A DNA stretch of 64,000 bases from Octopus sinensis (lineage: Eukaryota): contig NC_042999.1 in the NCBI RefSeq assembly GCF_006345805.1, positions 41,292,001 to 41,356,000 of the forward strand. Reading direction: 5' to 3'. A model generated the notes under the pieces. The model ran no database searches. It was not told the origin of the DNA and saw only the letters and a list, made by a program, of their open reading frames with translations. A program made the translations under genes and the position numbers. Positions within the stretch are counted from its first letter, which is position 1; the number at the start of each line of letters is the position of its first letter. Of the stretch, positions 40,161 to 52,544 are shown in pieces.

Positions 40161-41144
40161 CCCTTTCTCGTCTCTCGCCCCCACAAACATACACACGCGC
40201 ATCCATATGCATTCACTTGTCTCTTTCTCAGGTTTCTCTCATTTTACGTCATCACGTTGACACAATGTACGAATTGATACGGTGCGCATACATGCACACT
40301 CACACATATATACACACCCACACATATTACATACATATATACAAATATATATATATATATATGCGTGTGAGTGAGTGTGTGTATGTGACTGGACAGATAC
40401 GAACATATATGTATATTCTTATACTGAATGCAAATTTTGTGTATGTCTGAGTTTGTCCATGTGTGTGTATGTGTGAGTTTGTCCATGTGTGTGTATGTGT
40501 GTATGTCTGTCTGTGTGTTTGCGTTGCATATAGCGTCAATGTGATAAGTTCTATTCTGAAATAAGTACGAGAAACCATTTGATCGATTTAAACAATTGAA
40601 AGGAGATCCACAACATATTCAAAGTCAAATAAGAGAAAATAAAAAAGACTAATAAATCTATATAAAAACATAGACTGGGGCTCACTATAGTGGAATAGCA
40701 AATAATTTGGCTCCACAGCACCCCTGTTCCAGGTCAGACCCCATTGCGTGGCATCTTTGGCAAATGTTATTTTACACAATCCGAGTTTGACAGTATCTTA
40801 AGTGTGTTATTGAGTAGAAACTAAAACGAAACCCGACAGATGGATTGTAACTGTATTTGAGTAGGTAAAGCTTTGACACATTCTTATGTCATGCTGATTC
40901 TAATGTAAGAATTAGCATCAAGGACAGATACACGTGTCTGAAGAATGCTCAGTGACTTACACATGAATCTGGAGGTAGTAAATCGCTTTGACCGAACAAA
41001 TGAAACCTTGTGGTATGACAGAGAATCACTACTGGCGCACATATTAACATACACACACTTATAAACAAACATATATATTATTTCATTGATTGATCTATTT
41101 GATCTGGAGATTTTGTGTGTACATACATTTATAGACTCATACCA

Positions 41145-41175
<31 letters not shown>

Positions 41176-41314
41176 GCAGAGGAAACAGACAGATAAATGA
41201 ACAGAAAAACCGAAAGATAAACGCGCGCACTAACAGACTCAGTAACAGCAATATGTAGTTGTCTTTTGTACCCAACTTCTAACATATTTTTAATGTTAAC
41301 CATAAAGAAATTAA

Positions 41315-41403
41315 AATAATAAATCTTAGAGCGAGTTATAAACAGTAGCTGCCACACATCGTTGGCAAATATGTCACGATGTGTCGCTCTAAGATTTATT
41401 ATT
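41315..41403. other. Long inverted repeat / hairpin
   Basis: Perfect 20-bp arms 41315-41334 and 41384-41403 (AATAATAAATCTTAGAGCGA / TCGCTCTAAGATTTATTATT), a one-sided 20-nt bulge, and an inner stem CACATCGT/ACGATGTG. Confidence 0.85.
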
Positions 41404-41488
41404 GCTTGTTTACACTTTTTCGATATCAGTGTCTTTACGATACTGGAAAAATTATATGTATTTGTGAAGGGAATCTACTTCTCATCGA

Positions 41489-41558
41489 CAACTATGATTG
41501 TCACACGCCGATGACGAGTCAATACCCAGAAACTCGAGTCCGTGTGTATCATAAGTTG
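41489..41558 (+). ncRNA. Type I hammerhead-ribozyme-like motif (U4C core variant)
   Basis: CAACTATGAT-TGT-CACACG-CCGATGA-C-GAGT(CAAT)ACCC-A-GAA-AC(TCGA)GT-C-CGTGTG-T-ATCATAAGTTG. Helix I is 6 bp plus an internal loop plus 10 bp. Cleavage triplet GUC. Helix III is the palindrome ACTCGAGT. Helix II has two mismatches. Confidence 0.6.
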
Positions 41559-42009
41559 GAGACGGGAAGGATGGCTTCCCTTTGCAAATACTGATAGGGC
41601 ACAGAAAGTGTGTCTCTAGCCAGCTGGAGGAGGTGTCCTCCTGGGGCTATAAACTACAGTAGCATCCACCCTTAGAGGTTAGCCATATTTAAATGGCAAA
41701 AATACGTCAAAAATAAATTATTATCATCATCAATTGGGGTATTTAATTATGATCCGTCATTAAGTTAAGTCTCTACTGTGTTCGACTGTATGTATCTGTT
41801 ATATCATCAGTGACGATGATGTGTGTGGAGTGTAACAATATATCACAATACCAAATATAACCGTATAACAATAGGTAATGTAACAAGAGTTGGTTCACTT
41901 ATTATAACCGTTCGCACAGTAATATTACACTACTCCCACGCAAAATAAATAACGAGACTAACGCCCTCACAGTTCGACGTCAACTGTCTATTGGCTCATC
42001 TCTTTATAA

Positions 42010-42173
42010 GACTCGTCCGGTCCACTGACACTGCCTTTCCTCCTTTCGAGGTTGATAGATTAATTACCAGTGAAACACTTAGGTCGGTGTAATCGGCTAG
42101 TCCCCACCCCCAGCGCCAAACAGAAAAAACATTCATGCCTTGTGCCTTTAGTATAAAGGATTATTATTATTAT

Positions 42174-42214
<41 letters not shown>

Positions 42215-42431
42215 AGGTGGCGAGCTGGCAGAACCGTGAGCACGCTTGGAAAAATGCTTAGCAGCATTTCGTCCTTCTTTACGTTTTGAGTTCAAATTCC
42301 ACTAAAGTCGACTTTGTCTTTCATCCATTCGGGGTCGATGTACTCGACTAGACCCTCCCTCCAAATTTCAGGCCTTGTGCCTTTTGAAGAAAAGATTATT
42401 ATCCTTAATATTATTATTATTATTATTATAT

Positions 42432-42482
<51 letters not shown>

Positions 42483-43140
42483 GTGGCGAGCTGGCAGAAC
42501 CGTGAGCACGCTTGGAAAAATGCTTAGCAGCATTTCGTCCTTCTTTACGTTTTGAGTTCAAATTCCACTAAAGTCGACTTTGTCTTTCATCCATTCGGGG
42601 TCGATGTACTCGACTAGACCCTCCCTCCAAATTTCAGGCCTTGTGCCTTTTGAAGAAAAGATTATTATCCTTAATATTATTATTATTATTATTATTATTA
42701 GTAGTAGTAGTAGTAGTAGTATAGTAGTAGTAGTAGTAGAAGTATTTGAAAGACAGAATCATTAGCATGCCGGTAAAATGCTTGGCGACATTTCGTCCGG
42801 TAGAATTTGCCCTTTATCCTTTAGAGCGTCGATAAAGTAAGTACAGTAAAATACTGGGGTCTTTCTCCTAATATTTCTGGTCCAGTGCATATTGTAGAAA
42901 GAATTATAAATGCTCTTTTATTCAAAGGCAATTGACTGGCAGATTCATTTGCGCATCAGACATGATTATGTTAATCATTGCAATATTTGTTCCGGCCTTT
43001 TGCGTTCCGAGTTCAAAACCCGCATTGGTCAGCTTTGACTTTCATCCTTCCAGTGTCAATAATATGAAGTACAGGGAGCAATTTAATCGACAACTTGTCA
43101 AAAGTTTACGCTTTGTAGTGACCATGTTCGAAACATATAT
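42010..43140 (+). mobile_element. Head-to-tail array of at least five SINE type C copies or fragments
   Basis: Copies at about 42010-42160, 42215-42400, 42481-42665, 42750-42905 and 42935-43140, some separated by (TAT)n(AGT)n. Confidence 0.8.
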
Positions 43141-46100
43141 TATCATTACCATTGTGTAAGATTTATTTATTTCGTGTCATGTTGCACCATCCCTGATACA
43201 ACAGTTGCCAAACCTCAATCACTAAGAGATGGCGCACTCTAGAAGATTTTCGAATTCTGTAAAATCTTTATATATATGTCTGACAGCTACTTTTTATTTT
43301 CTCATTTACGAATATTTCTTTCTACGTTTCTTTGCTGTTGTCTTTTTGACTTGCTTGTTTTGTTTCTTTGTTTTTTTTCTTTTATCCTTTCTTCCTTAGT
43401 TTCGTTCTATCATTCTTTCTCTCTTTCCTCTATACCTTTTCTGTTTTATTTCGTTCTTGGGAGCGCTGTAAGATATAATGTACGCTTACTTTGAAGAGAA
43501 AATAAGAGATTGATGTAAAGGAAGAGCATTGTTCTCAATGCGAAATGTCTGATTTATTCAGCAATACAGGATCTTAGTGTGATCACCTGGATGTCCCATA
43601 GAGCAGGAAAAGTAATTTTTTTCTTCTTTTTCTTTTTTTACATGGCTTTGCATGGCTTCATGCTGTCATCACTTCACAGACAAAGCAGACAAATGGAAGT
43701 TCAGAAAGAGACAGCAAAGGAAAGCGAGCGAGAAAATGATTGAGTGACAAAAGAAGAAATTATAGGTGACGGTGGGGGGATATATTTAAAAAGAATACAA
43801 GTTTCATAGAAAGATAGACAAGTGAGAGTATGTATGATAGAAGGAGATAATGAGAAACAAGGAGAGAAAATTGTCGGGGGGGTGAGAGAGAGGAAGATGT
43901 GGAGAAATAGTAAGTGGAGTGGAAGTAAATGTTTCATAGGTAAAATTCTATGAAGAAGACACTCCTCTATCTGATTATTGCAAATATTAAGGAAATTACT
44001 TTCAGTCAAAATCTTGAGATAGCAGCGCTGTCTTCTCGAACAGGATGGAATTGACACGTAATGTTAGCTATGGTGCTTACCACTCCTAAACTCATACACT
44101 AAACCACTTATAACGTATACACAGTTGTATAGACACGGCACATACATAAATAAAACATACTCATGCACAAGCGTATATATATATATACATATATATATAT
44201 ACATATACATACACATATGTATGTACACACATACATATTTGCACACGCAAAGGCATTCAGACGTATGTATGTCCTGCTGTGGCTTAGAATATTATATGCA
44301 ACTTCATATGCATTGCTCGTTTTCCAGTTTATCAGTTTTTGCATTTGCAATGTCATATCATTGAATTTGGTATTTCAGTATTTCTATAACAGTCTATAAT
44401 AAGATCTAGAATATGTCTGATATGCTCTTAACATAGTTGGCGGATTCTTCTGCCATGATGCTCTTTTAGCGAAATGGTTAGTAAATTATGTAACTACATG
44501 CTAAAGCGCCATGAAAACCAAAAAAAAAAGGAATTTAGCAGAGAGTGATTAAGTTGCATAGGTATATGATATAGCCTAATGCAGTGGACAGTTACTTTTG
44601 AAACAAATGATTCGTTTTCTTTTTGCTTTTTTCTCTGCACTATGGCAGAAAAATGTGAGAACTAAATTTAATAAGTTCTGGTTGTTGGAGCAAACTAATT
44701 ATGGTCAGTATCGAAGAAGAAATGTAATACATAAAAACTTAATGCAAGGATAACTCATGTGGGTTACACACACATTATTCTAACTCGTTATACTCTCCCC
44801 TTCAGCCTCATTTTTTTTCTTTTCTTTTCAGTGGTGAGTTGCTTTTTTTTTTTTTTTCTTTACACCATCCCCGAAATCTTGTACTTACGTCTAATACGTG
44901 GTCATAGCATCTGGAGCCACCCTTTTCCGCCTCTTCCCTTCTAATTGCGACACTGTTCTAAATTTTTTCTTCTGAAAATTTGGACTACTATTTAACATGG
45001 TATTTTTTTTAACAAGGATGCTTGATCTGCAAGAAGTTGTTGCTAAATCTCCCTCGTGTCCCAGGAAATCATCTTGATAACAGAAAACTTTGTATACTTA
45101 CGTTCCAAGATAGTTAAAAAATGTTGGGATGGTCGAAGCTGGAATGCTTTTGATATTAGATATGCTTAACTATTACTAACTTCAGGCTTAAAAACACTCC
45201 TTGATATATTGTACTGAATCTTAACTATATTTCGAGTAAATATGTTTATAAATAAAACCGAATAATGTTTAAGGTGTTAGCTTTATTGTGTCAAGTTGAA
45301 CATTTATTTCTTTTTGTCTCACTCTCACTAGAAATATGAACCAAATTTCATAAACTCGTGCCATGGCATTTAAAAAAAGACGGGATGGTCACAAGTAGAG
45401 CTTAGGGCTAACGAAGGACCTCTACATAGTCGACCTGTTAAAAACAGCAGCTGAACTTCCCTCAAATTATATCCCACCATCTAAAATGTATTTCGGGAAA
45501 TACCGACTCGAAAAAAAATTGGAATGGCATGTATTTGGTAACAGGCGTGCTCGGTCATGGCTCAATTAAGGCCAAACAACATTTTTTAGAAAGTGGGGAT
45601 CTATGTTGTTCATTATTACATTTTGACCAAGGTTAGCACATGGAGTCGGAGGTATGGTACAACGTGAACCTCTGAATACTTGGCTAGTTGCCCCCACGCT
45701 TGTATTCAATGATCCGTGCGCAATTTTGAAAAATATACCAGGGCTGCTCCCATAATAAACCTCTCTACCAGCATCAATTTTTTGTTTCATTTAAATATTG
45801 TTTAACAATGTTTACCTCCCCTCTATACGGGTATAATCATGATTAATTGAAGGCATCACCTCACCTGATACTTGATTACTATCAAGAGTATGGTTTCCCG
45901 TATTTAAAATTTCCTTCTTCGACCTCCTTCCTGCTACCATCTACAGAATTTCCAATTCACATTGATTTCACCGATATACGAAACGCTACAAAGGTTATAG
46001 GCACAACTATTCTTCTGCTGTCGTTCTCAAAACATGTATTGTAGTCTACCATAATCAATAAAACACAGGACAAAATAAATACGAAGGCATTCCTACATCT

Positions 46101-46149
46101 AGCTTCATTTTATTGATTCACCTCAGATTGGCCATTATCAAGGAGATTG

Positions 46150-46189
<40 letters not shown>

Positions 46190-46454
46190 GCAACAGAAGC
46201 AGTATTAATACTGATAGTTAATATTTGTCACCACTTAAGCATGGATGTTCTACTAGAACCAACTATACTGCTGGCGTTACTATTTTTGGTATCAAAAGCC
46301 AATATAAATTTTCTCTCGTGGTGTCTAACACAGTTTAATTCTAATTGAAAAATACACGTTTAAATGGAGATAACTATCCAGAAGTGAGTTATCCCCATTT
46401 AAACATGGATGTTCTGCATCAGTCATTCAGAAAACTAACAGATGCCAACATCTA

Positions 46455-46680
46455 TCATCTTTTACTTGTTTTTAGCTATTAGACTGCAGCCGTGCTGGGG
46501 CAGTATCTTGTCTTGAATTTTCTTTTGTCTCATGAGTCGAAACCAGTAGTTTGTTAAAACCTGGTACTTATACTATCGTTCTCTTTTTTTCGTTCTCTTT
46601 TTTTCGACAATAATCTATTTAAGGCGGTGCTCCAGCATGGCCGCAGTCAAATGACTGAAAAAATAAAAGAATAAAAGAAT
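46455..46680. mobile_element. Two SINE type A tails in opposite orientation
   Basis: Degenerate minus tail 46455-46590 and well-conserved plus tail 46612-46680 (AAGGCGGTGCTCCAGCATGGCCGCAGTCAAATGACTGAAA). Confidence 0.8.
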
Positions 46681-47649
46681 ATTAAGTACGGTGATATTTG
46701 AATCTCCATTTCAATAGACATAATCCCTTACTCCTATCGAATATGATGCTAGCTATCCACATGAGTAGTCCTGGAGGAGCGTTGTTTGGGTGACATTCGC
46801 ATTTCATGGCTGTCTCTATAATTCTTCTATAATATGCTGTCTATTGTATCACTTTTTTAAAAAAACATCTAAGTTTATTTAAGCAAATTTTGGCTTCTAT
46901 CTTTAGCAGGCTAATCAACCACGTAGAAGATTATACGTTGACAGTTTAATTTCTTTTTCGTTTATTATTAAATATATACCCACTTCTAAACTTTTTGTTT
47001 CGCTTTTCTTCTGAAAATAATATTATAATGAAAATGGTTGTTAAATTTCGGTGTCCACTGTCTATATTCTTGACATATTCTCTGCTAATGCAATATTGTT
47101 TCTGGAACATACAATGGATAACATTGCCAAACAATTATATTGCTAACCAAAACATGTTATAGTTTAATGAGTTTTCCTGTTCACGGGATGATGATTTATG
47201 AATTATATTTTTTCCATTTTAAATATACATATTTATGTCTGAATCTGCTACGATAATTTGTTTTTTCCCGTTTGTTCAGCGAGCTATTAAACTTTTTATT
47301 TGAATGAGTATAGAAACATGGGTAAACAAGTATTCTGTTTGTTTTCGTAGTCTCTTTCTTTACAGTGAGCCATGATAATGTTCTTTCATGTAGAATTCCC
47401 ATATTGACGAAATACTGTGCGATTATTTTACAAAACAAATGGTAAAACAACAAACTGAAAGCAATTTTCGGCTCGTTAGTGAATTATCGGTGAATTAGTT
47501 ACAATTCTCACTTTATACACTTTAATCATATTATTAATATTTGTAGTCAAACTAAAAAATTTTTTTTTTAAATTCTAAAAAAAAATTGGTTTACATTTCC
47601 TTATCAATCGGTGGTAAAATACTATTCAAGAAATAGTATTAAAATAATA

Positions 47650-47929
47650 TTGTTATATTTCGGGATGGTCATTTTTTCATTGCCAAAGAAACACACGCAC
47701 TACATATTCGTTCTTCACTTATATATTATCGTTCTTATTTTATCTCATGACCATTGTCTGGAAGTCATGTGGATGAGATAGCTGCTGAACAGGTCATAAA
47801 TGTGTGACGAACGACTACCAAAGAATGTACATAAGATGTGATAAAAACAATAATAAACGAGTGAAGAACGAATATATAGGGCGTGTGTTTATTCGGCAAC
47901 AAAAAAATGACCATGCCGAAATATAACAA
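47650..47929. mobile_element. Tc1/mariner-type MITE with ~70-bp TIRs and TA TSD
   Basis: Left TTGTTATATTTCGGGATGGTCATTTTTT...ATATTCGTTCTTCACT matches the reverse complement of right AGTGAAGAACGAATAT...AAAAAATGACCATGCCGAAATATAACAA. TA at 47648-47649 and 47930-47931. Confidence 0.8.
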
Positions 47930-48729
47930 TATCTGTTTCAACATACGATTTCACATCTGGAATCTTGCAAAACAAATTCATAAACGTATTAAAATATTAA
48001 TTTCTATATTAGGCAGAATTCCATAAAAAGTGGAAAACCTGTATTGTCAACTCGATCGATATTATATATAATTGTATCAATTTTGGATGTATGACCTGTA
48101 AAATCAAATTTAGCAGTATTCTAACCTATGATGTAAATATGGCAAAGCATATCTTCCTTCAAACTCCAGTCCCGAGGGTTTTTTTTTACTGTACCTATTG
48201 TGACGCAAAACCTTCCCCGCCAAATTGCCCAGTAATCATCCGAACTCATTAAGCTTTCCATTCCCTCATTGATTACACTTGACCGCATGTCCTTCGCCAT
48301 GTAATCCTGCCATCGGTGCATCACAAATGGTTTAAGACACACACCAATATCTTTTGCTATAGTTCAAGTACTGTAGCACTAGCATTTGGATAGATATGTC
48401 CTATACCATCCTTCGTGAAATGTTAAGTATATGGATTCAAGATATATTCCTCAATTGACAAATGATGCGTTTCGTACCCCCAATGGCTTTTCGAGTAATA
48501 GCCTTTTCGGAGCCTGAGGAAAGCTTTCTTGTCTTTCAAATTCTTTCACTTTTTCTCGGTAATATAGTAAGTACTAAGGTGAGGATGGACCATCTCTAAT
48601 AACATAACTCTATCAGGTAGACTTAGTTACCGTTAGATAAAGTTATATCTTCGACCCGTCTGTTGGATATATCTATATGGAAGGGAAGAATACTTGAAAC
48701 ACTTGCTCTATTTCATACATTCCAAAGTC

Positions 48730-48825
48730 AACCACTCGAGAATATTCGAACTCAGAACGTAAAACACCGAAAGAAATCACCGAGGAACATTTTGTCCGAT
48801 GTGCTAACGATTCCGTCAGAATGCA
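48730..48825 (-). mobile_element. SINE type C, degenerate head fragment
   Basis: GAACTCAGAACGTAAA...GTGCTAACGATTCCGTCAG. Confidence 0.65.
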
Positions 48826-49176
48826 GACATTTTAATGTGGAACATTATGGCTTTGTTTTATTGACTAAAGCTTGGTAGAACTAAATATCCTAGACTGTTG
48901 TACGATACATCTATTAAAAATAAAAACACTGCATATTCCACAATAAAGACCTGATAGTCAAGAATCTTTACATCCACAAGGCGAGAGGACGATAAAAAAA
49001 TTTTACAGTGAGAGAGCAATATGAGAAGACAACTATTGATGTTGCCCACTTTCATTCCAATACTCAAGAAGGCCTACTACAAGTCCTTTAATAACTGTGA
49101 TCATAAAAAGGAAGCAAATCGATCGTGTCCGCAACGATAACATTAAGAAATTGGCTTAATATTCCAACATCTAAAG

Positions 49177-49447
49177 TAGTGTTTCCCAACCGTTTTTTCC
49201 CTATGGACCCCTTTGATTTCTGCTACACTCTACTGGTCCCTGCTAACCAATCACTGTCTAAAACGCCATTTTATATTTTTATATATGATTTTTGCAATTA
49301 AATATTAAGTAGGATTTGTATAAAAAAAGTTGTTAAAATACTTCGTGTATTATAGAAGTATAACTAATTTATTGCAGATAAATTTTAACCACAAAAATTT
49401 TATATGGGGTCCGCAAAATCCATATGGACTCCGGTTGAGAAACACTT
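49177..49447. mobile_element. hAT/Charlie-like MITE (~270 bp)
   Basis: TIRs TAGTGTTTCCCAACC and GGTTGAGAAACACTT. The left flank ATCTAAAG fits the Charlie NTCTARAN target, but the right TSD is not preserved. Confidence 0.7.
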
Positions 49448-50419
49448 TAGTACAAAAAAGCTGCAAAAATTGGAAGACCGTGGGTTAATTGCAGTGAAGA
49501 AAGATGGCCGATACTTCTACAAAACTGGTATTTGATGCATAAATAAAATACGAATTCTAAAAGTGATGCACTTTCAGCCTAAACGTATCAACAGAAGCAA
49601 CAGCCGTTGTTCATTGGAAAAGGCTTCACACAATATTCATTAAACAGAAGGAATTCCATCCCATTTTCATTTATCCCCAGAATATCAACTGTTTGTCGTT
49701 CCCTCCCTGCCCATGACCTGAAGTCCTGTTCTCGAAAAAGATGAAATGTATCAACATCGCCCGTTTCAAGGTGGGGCTACTTGAAAGCATAGTCACGTTC
49801 CCTTCTTTCTGATCAAACTACTGGAAAAATAAATAATGATAATTATCAATTATTGTATAATGTTTAGAAAATAACTGGTTACCAGGCATTTAACTATTAC
49901 GATTTGTGTACATTTTTATATTTTAAGCTACGTTCCTAATTAATGTTATTTGTTTTGATAATGTTATTGCTATTGGTAATTACCGTTCTAGGTTTTTTTG
50001 TTTTTGTTATTTCCGTTTTGTTTTTACATCTGTTGTCATGACTACTACTTTTATATGTGTCATTGTAATTTTCTTCCAATGTTATTACGTGGATTACACA
50101 TAAGTGTTCTCCATGGTGTTACATAGAGAAAAAGAGACATACGCTCACGCATACACAATGACGTGGAAAGGTATGCTCATACATACAAAATGGCAGAGAG
50201 AGATATGCCTATACATGCAGTGAGACACACAGACATATTCACATCTACTGAGGCATATACAAATATAAGCCTACACATGCATACACTGATATACACATAC
50301 ACAGAGACATATCGATATATGTTCACACATGCATAGCACATTAAGTGATATGATCAATATACGCAGAGATATAGAGAGATATACTTGAGCACACAGTGAC
50401 ACAGAGTTATATAGACATG

Positions 50420-50420
50420 C

Positions 50421-50487
<67 letters not shown>

Positions 50488-50508
50488 CCTATACACATAT
50501 ACATACAT

Positions 50509-50542
<34 letters not shown>

Positions 50543-50600
50543 ATACCTATACACATATACATACATATATATATATATATATATTTATATTGAAGTATAT
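50420..50600. repeat. (TA)n array with internal duplication
   Basis: ATACCTATACACATATACATACAT occurs twice. Confidence 0.9.
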
Positions 50601-51909
50601 ATATATGCAAACACATACACTCAGTTTCTTCTCCATATACGTACAGAAATACATTTATTGATATACACCCATGCAGAATAACGAGCTATCGATAACCATA
50701 ACATTAAATAGTCTAAACAAAATATTAAAAAAAAGCAAAAACCATGTTCATATTCCAGCGTGCACTAATTTACACAGACTCGAATTGACAAGTGTTAATA
50801 AAATACAAACATACATGCATGCGCACAGATGAAGATATCATCTGGAAAATAAAGAGGAACAAGTAAAAACACGGAAGCATATTAACAAACATATTACTCA
50901 CATCCACATGTTATGATGCATTGTCATACATCAGAGACACACGCTTTATACACATGTACATATAGATACAAACGTAAATGTGCTAAAAAAAATATGGAAT
51001 GGAACAATCCATTAATGACTGATAAACGCAGTGCAAGAAAAAATCTTTTAATCAATGTTCAGTGGAAGAGAGAAATATAATACGATGAAAAAAAAAAAAA
51101 AATTGTTAAAAGAAATTCAAATGGGTTGTGTGCTTTATCAAATTATTGATCATTATTATTTATTTGAATGTCAAAACGGATCGAAGTATGACGTAGGCAA
51201 TTAACCGACTGATGGATCTGGCCATGATGATGAAGTATACGCTGTACTTGACTGATGGACTTGCGGAGGCTTCATTATTGCTGCTTTGTGTTTGTTGAAC
51301 GGCCCAAAGCAAGTTTTGATGGAGTTGCCGCAACCATTGCCACAGGAATCCCATTGAGCCATTGTCTGGATGTCATGAGCAACAAGAGCCCACTATCGGA
51401 CTACGAGATTAAGAGCAGCACCGACGTCACGAATTTATTTTTTCTATGATTACAGTAATTACAATTTTCATCGAATTATTAAAGCAGCTTCTGATATTGA
51501 AAAATCTTCAATCATTGTGACAATCGCCAAGGAATCAACATTAACCATCAATATGATTTTTATCACCGTCTTCGTCAATGTCGCTGTTGGGAGTAATTTT
51601 TACGCTTATTTCCAAAGACGTATGTATAAGCTACGAGTTCGCGATGTAAAACGTCAAAAACAATGCTTCTACAGGACAACAGAATTTCCTTGCTTACTTT
51701 CAATGTATTTACTGACTGTTTGTCACTATTATTAGTGTGGCAGAGATGCTAGGAGGCGGGAATAAATGCCTTGCCGTATTTAGTTTCGTCCTTTTACATC
51801 TCGCTTTTACATTCTATTTTTGCAGTATTGATGAAATAAGTGTATATTGAATTATGAGATCGATTTAGTTAACTATATCCCTCTTTCTCTCTCTCTCTTC
51901 TGTAAATAA

Positions 51910-51935
51910 TATATATGTGTATATGTGTATGTATG

Positions 51936-51992
<57 letters not shown>

Positions 51993-52338
51993 GTATATAT
52001 GTATCTATATATATTATATATATGGATATATTTACGTATATATATATGTATGTATAGCTATATGTATATATGTATATTTTTATATATATATACATATTTA
52101 TTTATATTTTTATACATATATGTATACATTTATATATATATATATATTATATATATTACATATATATGTATTTATGTAAACATATATATATATATATTTA
52201 TATACGGCAAAGAAAAAATGTAGATGATGCAAAACGACATACATTAGCCGGTAGATATTCCAGTGTGTCTATTTATATATATATATATTATATATATATA
52301 TACATATATATATATATACATATATTTATACATATATA

Positions 52339-52420
<82 letters not shown>

Positions 52421-52475
52421 CATATATATATACATATATATATAATATATATATATATATTATATATATTACATA

Positions 52476-52540
<65 letters not shown>
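51910..52540. repeat. Long TA-rich array with an embedded 70-bp complex island
   Basis: Direct reading of the sequence. Confidence 0.9.

Positions 52541-52544
<4 letters not shown>

Noticed and set aside
42160-42740. Repeat-spacer pattern suggesting a CRISPR-like array
   Set aside because: It is a duplicated SINE between microsatellites in eukaryotic DNA, with no unique spacers or cas genes.
44811-44840. Strong acceptor followed 2 nt later by GTGAGT
   Set aside because: A 2-nt exon is implausible without reads, and it is not an AG|GT recursive site.
48121-48570. Moderately GC-rich segment with short ORFs
   Set aside because: No recognisable transposase, RT or cellular motif in any frame.
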